From the NCBI RefSeq assembly GCF_018350175.1, contig NC_058368.1:202494001-202558000 (forward strand): a stretch of 64,000 bases of DNA, written 5' to 3'. The DNA comes from Felis catus (taxonomy: Eukaryota). Under the pieces are notes generated by a model, which was not told the DNA's origin, made no database searches, and worked only from the letters and a program-made list of their open reading frames with translations. The position numbers were made by a program, and so were the translations under genes. Below are positions 24,195 through 37,000 of this stretch, piece after piece (within the stretch, counting starts at the first letter, position 1; each line of letters begins with the position of its first letter).

Positions 24195-25249
24195 AATCTG
24201 GAAGATGGACTAATAGGGGAGTTGGGAAGAATTTATGTAAATTTTTCTACAAATAACTGTATCCTCACGACATCATAAATAGCAAAAATTAATGTTTATT
24301 ATTTCAGGAAGTTTTCAAATAGAATATTACATTTAATGATCAGTTGTTTCATTGTGTATGTGCTGTTGAACATATGCTTATCTTAAATTTAAGTAATAGT
24401 CACAAATTTTAATATTATCAAAACAAATCTTAACAGTATTTTTATACTTTTTTCTTCAGAAAACTCAATATTTAAAAAAAAAACACAAATCTTAAAAACA
24501 TTTCTCGTAATTTAAATACCTTTTTTCCCCCCAGAAACCTCAGTTAATAGTTTTTAAAATACAACTCAGGGTATAATTTCCCAAGGCTAAATGTTAGCAG
24601 TCAGCAATAATAGATACCTTAAATCAATCATCTTAACATTTTCAATCCACAGAGATTTCCTCTGAAAAAGAATATAGTGACTGGGATGGCACTAGGGGAG
24701 CAATCTGCAAGTCTATTTCTGGAAGGCACTATTCCTGTTAGTAGCACACAAAACCATTTTTTCCCCTTCTGTTGGTTTTAGTTCTCTGACAAAATAGCCA
24801 AACTTATAAAGTTAACATACAAAAAAATAAGGAATTCACATTTAGTTGTATTTACACTAAGACAATATTAGCAACGGGATTTTTGATAGTAGAACGATCC
24901 ATCTTCCCTGGTGATATAATACCTCAGTCAGCTGGGAGTTGAGTTAAAGGAAGGCTTTCTTAATTATTTCCAGATGCTTGGACTGCCATGCATGGGTGGT
25001 CGTGTTCCTTACTAAGTTGTGAGAGGAAGGAGAGGAGAAATAGATTTGGGGGAAGATGATGAGTTTAATTTTAAGTGTCTTGAAGCTGAGGTTATTTTGG
25101 GAAATTTGAGTAGAGATCTTTAAATACAGAGACTATTATGGACATGGACATTGCTTAAAGCTAATAAGCTTCTATTGCCAACTTTCCACGCATGAATTTC
25201 TGTGTGCCAAAAATATCTTGCACAACCTGCCACAGCAATTCTAATGCAG

Positions 25250-25560
25250 GTGTGTGCTCAAATGTTATTTGTCAATAAGGCCCTCCTGACTACCTTTTTA
25301 TTAAAAAAAAAAAAAAGAATCCCTCCCATTTATGTCCACATTCCCTATTCTACTTTTTCTGCATTTTTTCCTCCATATCACTAATCACCTTTTGACATGT
25401 TATTTATTGCACTTATTTTTTTAAATCTCTTCCTCTCACCCACATCATACAAAGTCCCTCCACGAAGGCAAGGACTTTAGTTTAGTGCTGTATCCCCAAC
25501 AGCTAAATTTGTGCTAGACACATAATAGGTGCTCGTAATTTTGTTGAATGAATCAATGAG
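25250..25560 (+). mobile_element. L2 LINE 3' end
   Basis: 'ctccacgaaggcaaggacttt', 'gctgtatcccca', 'cacataataggtgctc' and 'tgttgaatgaat' match the L2 terminus. Confidence 0.75.
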
Positions 25561-26339
25561 TACTAAGTCAATTACTAGTCCTTGAAATTCTGTATCAACA
25601 TCTTTTATATGTAGCGAGACTCTCCACCATTAAAAGCAATAAATAAATAATAAACATGTTTCTCCAATTAAAAAAGTAGTATGATTATATCACCCTCAGT
25701 CATGGCTCTACATAGGCTGAAAGGTAACAGTTGTACATCCACATATAAAAAAATGACACAGCCATGCTTTCTTGTGAGAAATACTTGCAGATATTTTCCA
25801 AATGAGTGACTCCTTAATACATTAGCCCTGAGTGGACTTCCAGATATCCAAGTTCATTCTATTTAAAGTAGTTTGAGCACTCTTGACAGAATGAAGTTTC
25901 AAGGCCAAGGAATGGACTAAATATGTAGAGACCATAGGGAGAATGTTAAAGGACAGTGAGAAGTCCTTCCAAGTCTTTCACAATTCCTTTAATTCTTTGA
26001 TTAGATATTCCATTCCTCTGGGCTAAGGTCTGATTTAAAGTCCCAACTTAGAATGGAAGTGCCTCTTGAAGGGTGTGTATTTATTACGTATCCTTCGACA
26101 TTAATTAGTTATCAAAACCATTTCGGCAGTGAAGAACATCTGAGTGAAAGTTAACAGTGGATATTATGTCTAGAAGTTAATGGAGAGGAGGGTGGAAAAT
26201 AGGTCATAGTCTTAGGAATCAACAGGCTTCTTTCCTCTTATTGGATCAAACACCACAATGCCTAATGAGGAATGGCCAGCCTGCTTCAAATGCACTTATA
26301 AATTAAATGCAAATGGCCACAGCTCTTATTGGCTTTATA

Positions 26340-26690
26340 ATTAGGATATTTGTTGTAATTCATAATATATATCCCGGGGAAGAGCAGGTATAGATTTGAT
26401 TGAGTTGGTGGCTCAAAATTCTCATTGAACTTTCAGGCTCTTTTCTGTCAGCTTTCAGCCCTACCTTCCTTAGTGTGTCTGCTTTGGTCTCTAGTCCAGC
26501 CTGCCTTAGATCACAATATGACAGCAATTCCAGAAGAAGAGAGAAAAACAGCTTCTCTGGTTTTCCTTTTAAGAGTCAGGAGACATTTCCAAGAAGCACC
26601 CGTGAAGCTTTCCCCACATATCTGATATTACACCAATCACCAGTAGGGTGTAGTGGGATTACTAGGTTTGTTCACTAATCTGGATTTATA
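26340..26690 (-). mobile_element. Old MaLR LTR (MLT1J/K/L-like), tentative
   Basis: 'tggctcaa', 'ccttccttagtgtgtctgc' and 'ttttaagagtcaggagacatttccaagaagc' resemble reverse old MLT1; ends uncertain. Confidence 0.4.
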
Positions 26691-27869
26691 TGAATTACAT
26701 GGGGACTAGTGGACAAACGAGCTTCTCTGGGCCATTAGCAAAGACTGAAGAAGTGGTCGTAATTGGCAACCAGCAGGGCTCGCTGTAGGAAGCAGATAGC
26801 ATTAGAAACCAGCACTGCGTAATTAACCCAGTGTCTGTATGGAAGAAGCCAAAACTGTGAAATACACAAATAGACATCTGCACAATTTTATTCAACAATA
26901 CAAACATATAAAATATGTAGATTATCAAATGCCCAAGATTTACCATCATCCTCATCTCAGTGCAGAGACTAAGATTATAAAATATGAGCATGATAGAAAA
27001 AATGTTACTTGTCCCAAAGACAAATTGTCAGACAAGAATTTGAAATCCCCCCTTGCAGTTTTCCTCACATTAGTTGCTTTTGTGTATTTGTGCTAGAAAG
27101 ATCAAATAAATCCTAGAATAAGAGTAATACGATCTCAAAGAATTAGTCTTCTGTTTGTCTTTTGATCTATGCGTATTTATTACTCAAAGTTTTCATCTTT
27201 TTAAAATTAACAAAATAACAATGTCAGGTGTTTTTGCTTTGGTTTGGTTTCATTTTGCTTACAAGAGGCCAGTTCAACTACCCAGTTTACCATTGGGGTG
27301 GATAGCATGTAGGGATGGAAGTTAGTTAAATGATCTAAGTAATGCTGTAGTCATCTAACATTGAAGACACTTTGCTTGCTGATTTTCATATGTTCTGTAT
27401 AAACCATGATATCAACAATAGATTGCCTTATCTTCATTTGAGTTATTGCTTCACTAAAGTTCTTCTCTCAACTTGTAAGCAAGCATGCTGGTGAAAAGGC
27501 TACTGCTGAAAGTCTTTAATAATAGATTAGCCTTCCTGCTAAACATGGAGACAGAAAGATGAAAAATGAATGTGTCAGTGGATTCCATGCTCCAGATGAC
27601 TTGGAATTTGGAAAATGTAAAATGAAAGAAACACAAGCAGACAACAGAAGAGTCTAACTCAGCTTTTAAAGCTGCAATAAAAAAAATGCTCTGGGCAATG
27701 GGGGGGGGGGCAGATACAGAGAAAGAGAACGGGGGGAGAGAGGGAAGAATATTTGGAATTAAATATGCATAAGAGATGTTCAGGGTCTCAATTTAAAATA
27801 AAATATAACTTTGGTGATTAAAAATAGTGGTTGAAATTCAACTTACCTTAATATTTTATAGCACTTTTT

Positions 27870-28112
27870 TTGCATCTTAAAATTTATTATTGAAGTACAA
27901 TTGACATGTTATATCATTTTCAAGTGCATAACATGTTGATTTGACAATTCTATACATTACTCAGTGCTCACCATGATGAGTCTAGTTGGCATCCGTCACC
28001 TTCTAATGGTATTATTATATTATTGACTATATTCTCTATGTTGTACTTTTCATCTCCATGATTTACTTGTTCTATAACTGGAATTTTATACCTGTCAACC
28101 CCTTTCATCTAC
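27870..28112 (-). mobile_element. L1 3' end fragment (L1_Carn/L1MA9-like)
   Basis: 'ttattgaagtacaattgaca', 'tgctcacca', 'tattattgactatattc' and 'tataactggaa'. Confidence 0.8.
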
Positions 28113-28994
28113 TGCACAATTTTAGATAATCCATTTGGCAAGTACCTACGAATTTCAGTGGGTTGCCACTGGAATCTACTAAGTCTCTCTGGAAGATTTG
28201 GTAATTAAGGTTGGTTTTCCCATCAAGTTATATAAGGCAGTCATTTCTGTATGTTAAATATACTAGCATAAGAAGATATGTTATATTCTTGACCCCAAAG
28301 TAAATAATAACAATAAATAATAACAGTAAGGCCCACATAATCCATTTACAAGAATATAGATTCATTATAATTGTACTTGCTAATCTTAAGCTTCCCTTAA
28401 CAGTTTTAAGACACTTGATATAAAGTTTTATCAGTTTAAAAACTGAGTGTTTGGATTTTATGAGAACAGGCAAAGACTGAAAATTAGATTAATGTTATAT
28501 TACTAAAGTAATTTATAATGAGTAGTTTTAATTTTTGTTGTAAAATGTTAACAACCAGAGCAAAACCATGATTTAATCAAATAACTAAATGTAATGCTAA
28601 ATGTGGTGAAATGTTATGCTCTGAAGTTTTAAAGACTGAACTCACAGAAGCCTGAAAGTTTCACACATCAAACAGACTGTCAGCCACAGTCTTTATCCAT
28701 GTCTCTGAATTTCCAAAATTAATTTCCAGAACATAAATCTGTCTTTCCACCTGGGTGAAAACTTTAGAATTATATAATTTAAAAATAAAGCTACTTTTTA
28801 AATAACTAATTTAATGTTTTTGAATAAAACATTCTTTGTTGTCATGGTGCTTCTTAGATTCTAAGATTTAAAGCAGACTTTAAAATTCAATGGACATTTA
28901 AAAAAAATTTTTTTTAATTTATTTTACTTTTTGCTTACCAAGTAAGTGGATGATAGAGTACCTAATATGATTCATTTTAAAAACTAGTAATGGC

Positions 28995-29150
28995 AGTAAT
29001 AATAACAATTATGGACATTTAGTAAGGGCTTACTCTTTCAAGGAAACCTTCTAAACTACACATATTAAGTAATTTAATCCTCACAACAACTCAGAGTTTG
29101 ACACTGTTAACGTGTTTATGAAATGATAAAGCGACCGAGGTATGGAGGGT
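28995..29150 (-). mobile_element. MIR SINE fragment
   Basis: 'acatttagtaagggcttact' and 'atttaatcctcacaacaac'. Confidence 0.55.
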
Positions 29151-29369
29151 CAATCTGGGACCAGTACTGTTTCAGTTTAATTTCCCATGTCTTTTTCAAC
29201 TTTTGTTCTTTTTAATTCCAAAAAAAATAACGTGATCAGAAAATTAACCCAAGCTTCTGTGCCTTTCCTAGATCATGCAGGAAAGACTGGGTTGTATTCA
29301 TGATATAATCCTGTTTATTAAGGTAAAGAGTTAACTAAAGATCAGATATTTTTAGGAAAAAAATTATTT

Positions 29370-29592
29370 GGGGGCGCCTGAGCGGCTGAGTTGCTTAAGT
29401 GTCCAACTCTTGCTTTTGGCTCAGGGCATGATCCCAGGGTCATGAGATCGAGCCCACTGTCAGGCTCTGCACTGAGCATGGAGCCTGCTTGGAGAGCATG
29501 GAGACTCTCTCTCTGCCCCTCCCTTGCTTGCATTCTCTCTCTGTCTCAAAACAAAATAAAAAATATATTTAAAAAAAAGAAAAAAGAAAAAA
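29370..29592 (+). mobile_element. Older Can-SINE
   Basis: 'ggggcgcctgagcggctgag...actcttgcttttggctcagggcatgatcccagggtcatgagatcgagccc', CT tract and A-tail. Confidence 0.9.
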
Positions 29593-29597
29593 GACAT

Positions 29598-29704
29598 GTA
29601 TTTATTTACTTTTAAGTATTCTTCACACCCAATGTGGGGCTTAAACTCATGACCCTGAGATCAAGAGTTGCATGCTCTACCAAATGAGTCAGCCAGCCAC
29701 CCCC
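29598..29704 (-). mobile_element. Short tRNA-Lys-derived carnivore SINE (SINEC_old-like)
   Basis: Reverse reads ggggtggctggctgactcatttggtagagcatgcaactcttgatctcagggtcatgagtttaagccccacattggg, then an A-rich tail; no CT tract. Confidence 0.85.
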
Positions 29705-30339
29705 AAAATGTGATTTTTTAAAAAAAACTGATATAAAAGTAGCTGAAGAAGGAGAAAAGGCTGTAAATATGGTTTGCTCAGAGTGCAATTACAAATGACA
29801 ACGATGACTAAAATAGTAGAGATAGCAAATACGAAATCGAAAACAAAAGCCATGGCTACACATGAATAGAGTGGAAAGACAGACCGTATCATATTTGGGG
29901 TTAATACCGGTTTTAAGTCTTCACTGCCATTGTAATTTTAGACAGGTCTCTTAGGGAAATCCTAAGTATCATAATCATTTTTTTCACTTTACATATGAAA
30001 GTAAGATAGAGGTGGTATGTATAAGTTTAAATGCATGGTCATGTTGAAATGTAAACGGGTAGACGACGCTTTCAGGAATCATGCCGAGAAAGCTGAATCC
30101 AAAATTCAGGTTGTTTTTCAAAACAAGCAAATAACAATGAAAATGGCTTTTTCGGTGGGGATCAGAGTTAGAACTCAATTTTACCATCATTGGTTGCCAG
30201 GCACTGTACTGGATGAGGACTCTTGTTTGGTCAGTATTTTCCACAAAACACTCCGATTCTCTCATTTTTGAGAAGCTGTGTTCTTGTGTGTCATCTTTTT
30301 TTCTCCTTTCCCTCAGTCTCTATGTCTACTTAACGTTTG

Positions 30340-30610
30340 TTAATACTCCTTAAGATTTAGTTCTGCATGCCAATGTTTGTTTAGTTCTGAAGAGAGCTCA
30401 GAGCTATCCTGCTCTCTGCCCCCATAGCTCCTTCCTTTCTATAAATATTCATCAAGGCACTTTCACCCTGCAGGACATTGTTTTATTACCAATCTTCTCC
30501 ACTCCTTTATATGAGAAAGGAGCACTGTTTATTTGACTCTGTATTCACAGAGCCAGGAACACTTCCTGGCACATAGTTAGGTGTTGAATAATTTTTGAAG
30601 AAGGAAGGGA
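30340..30610 (+). mobile_element. L2 LINE 3' end
   Basis: 'tctgtattcacagagccaggaacacttcctggcacatagttaggtgttgaataatttttgaagaaggaa'. Confidence 0.6.
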
Positions 30611-31401
30611 GGTACCAACAGAGGAAGACCAAAAGAGAGGAAGAAAATTCTGTGAAGATGAGTGCGTTTCAATTCAATATGTCTTAATTTCATTTTCATA
30701 CAATTAGCTCATTTTGATTGTCTTAATTCTTTTGTACACTACACAAAATTTTAAAAACAAGTAAAGTTTCCTTATGAATTAGGGACAATATTACTAGGTC
30801 CTGAAACATTTCATGGGTTTCAGTTGAACCAATCTGCATCAACTCAGTTCATCTGGAAGGTGGGCCTGAGTTCTGTCAGAGAGAAAACAACGACGGGGAC
30901 AGAGTGACACTTTTAGTACATGTGTATGGCTAACCCATATATTGATTTACCCTCATTCCAAGGATTTCTACTTTTGTAAAGCTCCCATTAGTTGCACAAG
31001 AAACCACCCAAGAGTTCTTGCTCAGGAATTTTCCTTCATAGAGAGAAACCCATCCCAGAGTGCAGGAGGCCTAATCTCAAAGAAAAGCCATTATGACAGC
31101 TCTCCACTCAAACGTGGGGATCCATAGTCAGGAGGATCTTTTATTTTAGTTTGCCTCAGTATTCTTTTTATCCTTATTTTTCTTCCCTCCTTTATTTTCT
31201 CTTTGGAAAAAGTTACTATCAATTTCGACTTTGTGATTATTGATTTGTATTGTAGCAATACACTGTTTTGGTATTCTGGGTGTTGATTTACAAATCTGCA
31301 GTTGCCCTTTGACATCAGGTTATTAGACACTTGATGAAAAGTTTCATATTCTAAATCAAGATATAGGGTAATATTCTTGTGACTTTATTGTATAGTTTAA
31401 G

Positions 31402-31611
31402 CAGACTGGGTGACTCAGTCGGTTAAGCGTCTGACTTTGGTCCAGGTCATGATCTCATGGTTCCTGAGTTCAAGCCCCACATCAGGCTCTGTGCTGACAG
31501 CTCAGAGCCTGGAGCCTGCTTCAGATTCTGTATCACCCTCTCTCTCTGCCCCTCCCCTGCTCATACTCTGCTTCAGTCTCAAAAGTAAATAATTAAAAAA
31601 CCATTAAAAAA
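31402..31611 (+). mobile_element. Can-SINE (SINEC_Fc)
   Basis: 'ctgggtgactcagtcggttaagcgtctgac...gacagctcagagcctggagcctgcttcagattctg'; 5' end degenerate, TSD unclear. Confidence 0.93.
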
Positions 31612-33649
31612 TTGTGGAGAAATGAAAAGTGAGTATTTGAGCATCAACTTTTAAGACTTAAAAGTGGGACACTAAAGCCAAAAATGTTATTATTTAAAAT
31701 GAAATGACCCCACATTAAATTGTTAGATGTAGTTTATTCCTAAGAAGGAAACAACTAAGTATAGAGCTCAAAAAAGGGGCCATGTATGTGTATAATCAAG
31801 GTGGCATTATACTGGTCAGTGCTAATCGAATCTTAAATGAGGAGGGATGAGGTACAATGAGTGATTCCATTGTTAGGATGATAGAAAAAATGCTGGCTTC
31901 TGTTGGAGGGAGAATAGTATTGCCCTGTTATGAGATAGCTATTCAATTGAATAGAACCGCAATGAAATAGAAGCATTCAGGTTCTACTGCTTATCCACAT
32001 CTCATTACACCACCCTATCAAGTTACACTGAAAATGCAATTCAATTTTATTTTCTTGTCAGAATGAGAATATCCTTCAAAGTAATTTTGTCTCGGGACTT
32101 TAAATCATGTTCAATTAAAATAATCCTTAAACCAAGAGAGAGAGATCTTACTAACAAATAGAATGGTTACTATCATTTTTATAACTATTCAACAGTCTCA
32201 CAATAAGTTGATTTCTGTACATGCAAGGTATTACATATTACTCCTCCAAGGAACAGTCTTCTGCATTATAACGTTGTTTAGTGATGGTAGGACAAGCATC
32301 ATTATATACACAAATGTATTCTATAGAGAAATTCATCTGTCTTGTGTGGGTTAGTTTTTTGAGGGCACTCAAACCTACAGTGAGTAGAGCCTGCTATGTG
32401 CTAGGAAAGATGTCAGCTTAATGATGACACTTCATTCATCCATTGCTCTCTTTAGTTTCATCAGATTAAAAAAAAATCTATGAAGAATTTGATATGGTTC
32501 CCCAGTTAGAACATTAGGGAATGTAGCAGAGTATTCAAAGGATCAGAGGAGAAAATGTTCATTTCATGTCTCATAACTCATGAATTTATAGGTCATTTCC
32601 ATTGAATGGAACCTTAAATCCGACAGTTCAGTTTTAATTTACCTTTTCATTGCCTTTTCTCTGATATATTCTTCCCATGATGAATTTTTGTTCAATTAAT
32701 TTGACTACAATACACAGAAGATTCTTCTGACAAGATAATTACTCTGGGTTATTTCATAAGATATTTTTAGTTTACAAGGCAGGGAAAGAAAGAAAGCTCT
32801 TAACAAATACAAATGTGTAACTCCAGTGTGCCTTACAAATCCCTTTATGTCTTTTTCCTGCTGTCTTTTCTTTCCTTCCCTTCTGATATAGACTAATAAC
32901 AGATGTAACTCAGGCTGCCACCTGTCGCTTGTTTATTCCAGATTATTCGTCTTTATCAATTCATGTTTCTTACTACTGATAATTATGGAAAGCTTATTTT
33001 AAAACCAGATTGTCTGTGAAATATGATTCTTTATAAAGAGTGAAGATAATGCTTGGTGTATTTGCTCTTACAAAATGGGACCTGATTAAAGGAATGTACA
33101 GCCAGGACATAATTAATTGCTATCTTAAAAGTCCACCTCTTAAAAAGCCAAGGAATTCTACACTGACTTTATTTTAATGTGGATATGACACTTTTAGTAG
33201 GATAGGTGTTTGGAATTGGAGGTGTTTCCTGTGTTAATTATCTTGTTCAAATTATGTATATTGAATGGGAGATGCATTTGTGAGGTGCCAGAATGGGATT
33301 AGTAATTTAAAATGTCTTTGTGGAGCAAAATGAAAGTTAAATTAACTAGTATTTAAGTTTGATTAATCGACAAATTACCTTTTGTCATATAGGAAGAATT
33401 TTACTACATATATGATTGAGTTGAAGGGTACAGGTGGTCATACCCAGATGCCATATGTCTGTATGTTTACAAGTAAAAGGTTTCTCTAACCCATAGATGT
33501 AGTTGGAAGAACACATAGTACCAAATAAAAACTAGTTTAACCTAGATAGAAACTGGAACAAAACTCAAAAAAAAAAAAATGGGAAAAGATCTATAGAAAA
33601 TCCACTTTTAACTGCTTTGGAGCTTTATATTTTTTGTGTCATTTCCTTT

Positions 33650-33770
33650 TCTAGGACTCAGTTTTTTCATCCGTAAAATAGAAATCAAGTTGGTAGTATT
33701 AGAGATAATGTTTATCAGACACTTTATAAAAAGTATTTGGCATATGACTGAGTACTCAGAAACAGTTGTT
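33650..33770 (+). mobile_element. MIR SINE fragment
   Basis: 'ctcagttttttcatccgtaaaata' and 'tggcatatgactgagtactca'. Confidence 0.5.
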
Positions 33771-34434
33771 GTGAGTTTATTAAAAAGCACTTGAATAAAT
33801 TTAACATTTTCAAATTTTGATTATGAATTAATGTAAAATGTTGGAATTTTTGCAGGAATAATTTATATTCTCTTAACTTTCTGATTTGAGAATACTTTAG
33901 GGTGGCTCCTCCAAATGTAGGAATTCCAGTGTAAATCTTACATTGCTTTCAATATTGTTTAAGGAAAAGCTATGAAAATACTTAAAATGTATTCATATGA
34001 ATCTGCCCCATGAGTAAAACTTTGGTACAGTACAGTATTCTCCTATTCAATATTACTTTTTTTATGTATCATACTCTTCTGTTCTTCAAGTTCTACTTTT
34101 ACATGGTTCATCACATACCTTATATATTTTTTTATTCAAACTAATTTTGCCTTTCATTATTTGTCCGTTCAGAGAACAAAATGTCAGCATTGGTGTCAGG
34201 AAATCATCAATTTATATGAAGTGTGATTTATACAAGAGTGTTTTTCATTTATTAAGCTATTTTTATTCTGATGTCATCTGTAGAAAGGAAGTGTGAAACT
34301 TCTCCTTTTGGTCTTTTTATCACTTTTACTTTGACAATTCTCACTTTCTTAATATTCCAAATCACAGGATTCATCTCAAGGAATTACCTTTGTGGCTGTT
34401 ATTTTTGCCCACATATTCATTCATAGTTTCTAAT

Positions 34435-34438
<4 letters not shown>

Positions 34439-34473
<35 letters not shown>

Positions 34474-34476
34474 TGT
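34439..34476. repeat. (GT)n microsatellite
   Basis: Direct reading. Confidence 0.95.
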
Positions 34477-34639
34477 AAAAATCACCTAAATTTAAGCCAG
34501 TAGACTTTCCCAGGACCTTTCTCTGATGCCATTCTGCTGACGGGTATCCAGAGAAAGAGGCTTAGGAAACACACTCGGATAGATGAGGAGGCTATGGTAT
34601 GTATAAAAACACAGAGAATAACAGAATAAGAAAACCACA

Positions 34640-35369
34640 TAATGTGTGTTATTAGGTGTACTACAATACACCCAACTGTGATGCTTACTACTTAGAATTA
34701 GTGTCACACTTCCATAGGTTTAAAGACAGGAAACCCAGAAAGACTGTTATCACTTCAGATGTAGCCACAAGTTTGGGGATCCCCAGGCCATCTGTACTTC
34801 TGACCAACTGGCACAAATCCCATGACCCCCTTAGATTTGATAATTCATTAGAATGACTCAAAGAACTCAAGAAAACACTATACTTAGGATTAGAGTCTTA
34901 TTATAAAGGATACAAATCAGGACCAGCTAAATGAAGAAACACATGAGAGAAGGTCTGGTAGACTCTCAGACAGAGCTTCCATGCCCTCTCCACATGTACA
35001 GGGAGCAGTATGCTCCAGGTACATTGAGGTGTTCATCAACCAGGAAGTTTCAGGATCCATTTTTTTTTTTTTTTTTTTTTGGAATTTCATTAAGTAGGCA
35101 TGAATGATTGAAACACTGGGTTACTGCCCATGTGATTGAACTTAATTTCCAGCCCTGCTCCCTTCCCTGGAGGCCAGGCTGGCTTAAAGCCCCATTACAC
35201 TAATCACCTGGTTGGTCTTTCTGATGTCCAGCCTCCATCCTGAGTAATCTCAGTATAAATCCAGGTGAGTTTATCCAAGGGTCTCGCTCATAAATAACAA
35301 AGACACTCCGTTATTTGGGTTCTTTCCCGGGAACCTAGCACAAAGGCCAGTCAAATTCTTTATTATACG
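34640..35369 (-). mobile_element. MER21-family LTR (MER21C-like)
   Basis: 'cttctgaccaactggc', 'tagaatgactcaaagaactca', 'tattataaaggataca' and 'acaaaggccagtcaaattctttat' are reverse MER21 motifs; left boundary uncertain. Confidence 0.8.
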
Positions 35370-35374
35370 TTATT

Positions 35375-36005
35375 AAATATAAAAGCATATATCCTATCTT
35401 GGTAATACACATTTTCTTTTTTTGCTACCCACTAGAAATCTGGTTTACAAAATATGTTGGCATTTGAAGAATGACTTTAGAAATCAACCTAAGTGTGTCA
35501 TAATAGTTTTGAACTTTTTGCTAATACAAGTTTTCTAAATTTTGTCTGTGTTTTGTTAAAAATCAGTTGGAAATTTTAATTTTTCAACAAATGATATGCA
35601 AAAAATCGCATTTGAAAGCTTTCAACAATTAGAATTTATTAAAAATAAAACTTGCAAAGAGGATTGCATTGAGATTTCCTATAAAACCAAGGATAACTAA
35701 ACAAATTAAATGATAGCTCAAAGGCTTTGAAATATCTTGCATTGTGTAAATAACTGGATGGAATTTACTTAGATAAAGTTGTTGTTGCTATTTTATTTTG
35801 ACTTTTTTATTTTTCATTTTTTGTACCAGAGTGGAATAAAAGTGAAAAGGCTTGAAATTTGGTGAAACACTCAAAAGGATTATTAATAGATTAATAAACT
35901 GATTTGATATATTTTCTATTTTAAAAAAATATTTGTCGAAGAAAGGTACTCTGAGTAGAGGCAGAAAGAAAAGGACTTGCAAAAATATTTGAGTTGAAAG
36001 AGTTA
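35375..36005 (+). mobile_element. hAT-Blackjack DNA transposon, decayed transposase region (part 1)
   Basis: 'aaatcaacctaagtgt', 'aaaatcagttggaaat' and 'aaaaatatttgtcgaagaaaggtactctgagtagaggca' match my recall of the BLACKJACK consensus; no open frame. Confidence 0.65.
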
Positions 36006-36757
36006 TGTCTTAGACTCTGGGTTTGGAGTTCTCTCTTGTCCAGCAAGACAGCAGGATGCAGGATTAAAAATGCGAGAGAGGCTAATGTCTGGGAGGAGAC
36101 AAGAGCCCCGAGTAAGGGTCCTTGCTCCGTTTTTATTGAGATCAAAAGGATTACAAGCATGATGGGCGTGCACAGAGAAACAATGAAACTGTGAACATAA
36201 ACTCATGGGCCTGAGGGAAAAGGGGTTTTGAGAGCATGCCTTGTTAGGGATTTGGGTCAATACAAAACAAAATCCTGGTGCTGGAGGGAAGGTTGTTTAC
36301 AGTAGACATGAGGCTTCACCTTTGTTTACCTAAATTGGCTTAGGGGACAAGAAAGACAAAGCATGCTACCTCAGGGTCAACAAGGAATCTTTCTTTTGCT
36401 AAGTAGCTCTGCTCTGGGCAACTTTACCCACTGCGGTCCATAGCCCTATTTACCTGTTTACTTAATTTGGTCCTTCCATCCTGTGAAAGCAGCTTTCTGT
36501 TATTGTACTAAGTTGGGGGGTGTTTCTGCCCTGAATACCTAATCTTATTTACCTCATCTTGGATGTCTTCATCCTGAGATTCCCTATTGCTATACCTTTG
36601 TCCTATACTGGGGGTCTTTGCCCCATTTACCTAATCTATTTACCTAATCTTGTTTACCCAAACTTGGGTGTGTACATTCTATGGCTTTCTATTTCTTTAT
36701 GCCTTGTTAACAACCCATTAGTGCAAGCTCAGGGAATTCCTAAGCTTATTCCCCACT
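36006..36757 (-). mobile_element. ERV solo LTR, class II (beta-like) features
   Basis: 752 bp. Minus strand reads (a)gtggggaataagc...tctaagaca, with AATAAA at 36132-36137. 6-bp TSD gagtta (36000-36005) / gaatta (36758-36763). Interrupts the Blackjack remnant. Confidence 0.75.
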
Positions 36758-37000
36758 GAATTACACATTTTGATATAAAAAATCAGAAATCCTGAAGTTA
36801 TCAAGATTTGATATGAGCCTAGCAGATACTTTAACTGCTGTATAGAAGATTTTTCTCAATTAAAAACTTGCAGTTTATTGAGAAAAGTTAATAAAAAGCA
36901 TAAACGATACCTATTTACTAACCATAAAATGAATCATTGAACAAAATATAAAAAAAAAAACAAATATAACTGTATTGAAAAAAAGTCTTTAGATTAATAC
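36758..37000 (+). mobile_element. hAT-Blackjack remnant (part 2)
   Basis: Resumes with 'ttacacattttgatat', 'ttttctcaattaaaaa' and 'taaccataaaatg', colinear with part 1. Confidence 0.6.

Noticed and set aside
29615..29704. tRNA-Lys-like gene
   Set aside because: It has a degenerate acceptor stem and B box and a SINE-type tail, so it is a tRNA-derived SINE rather than a functional tRNA.
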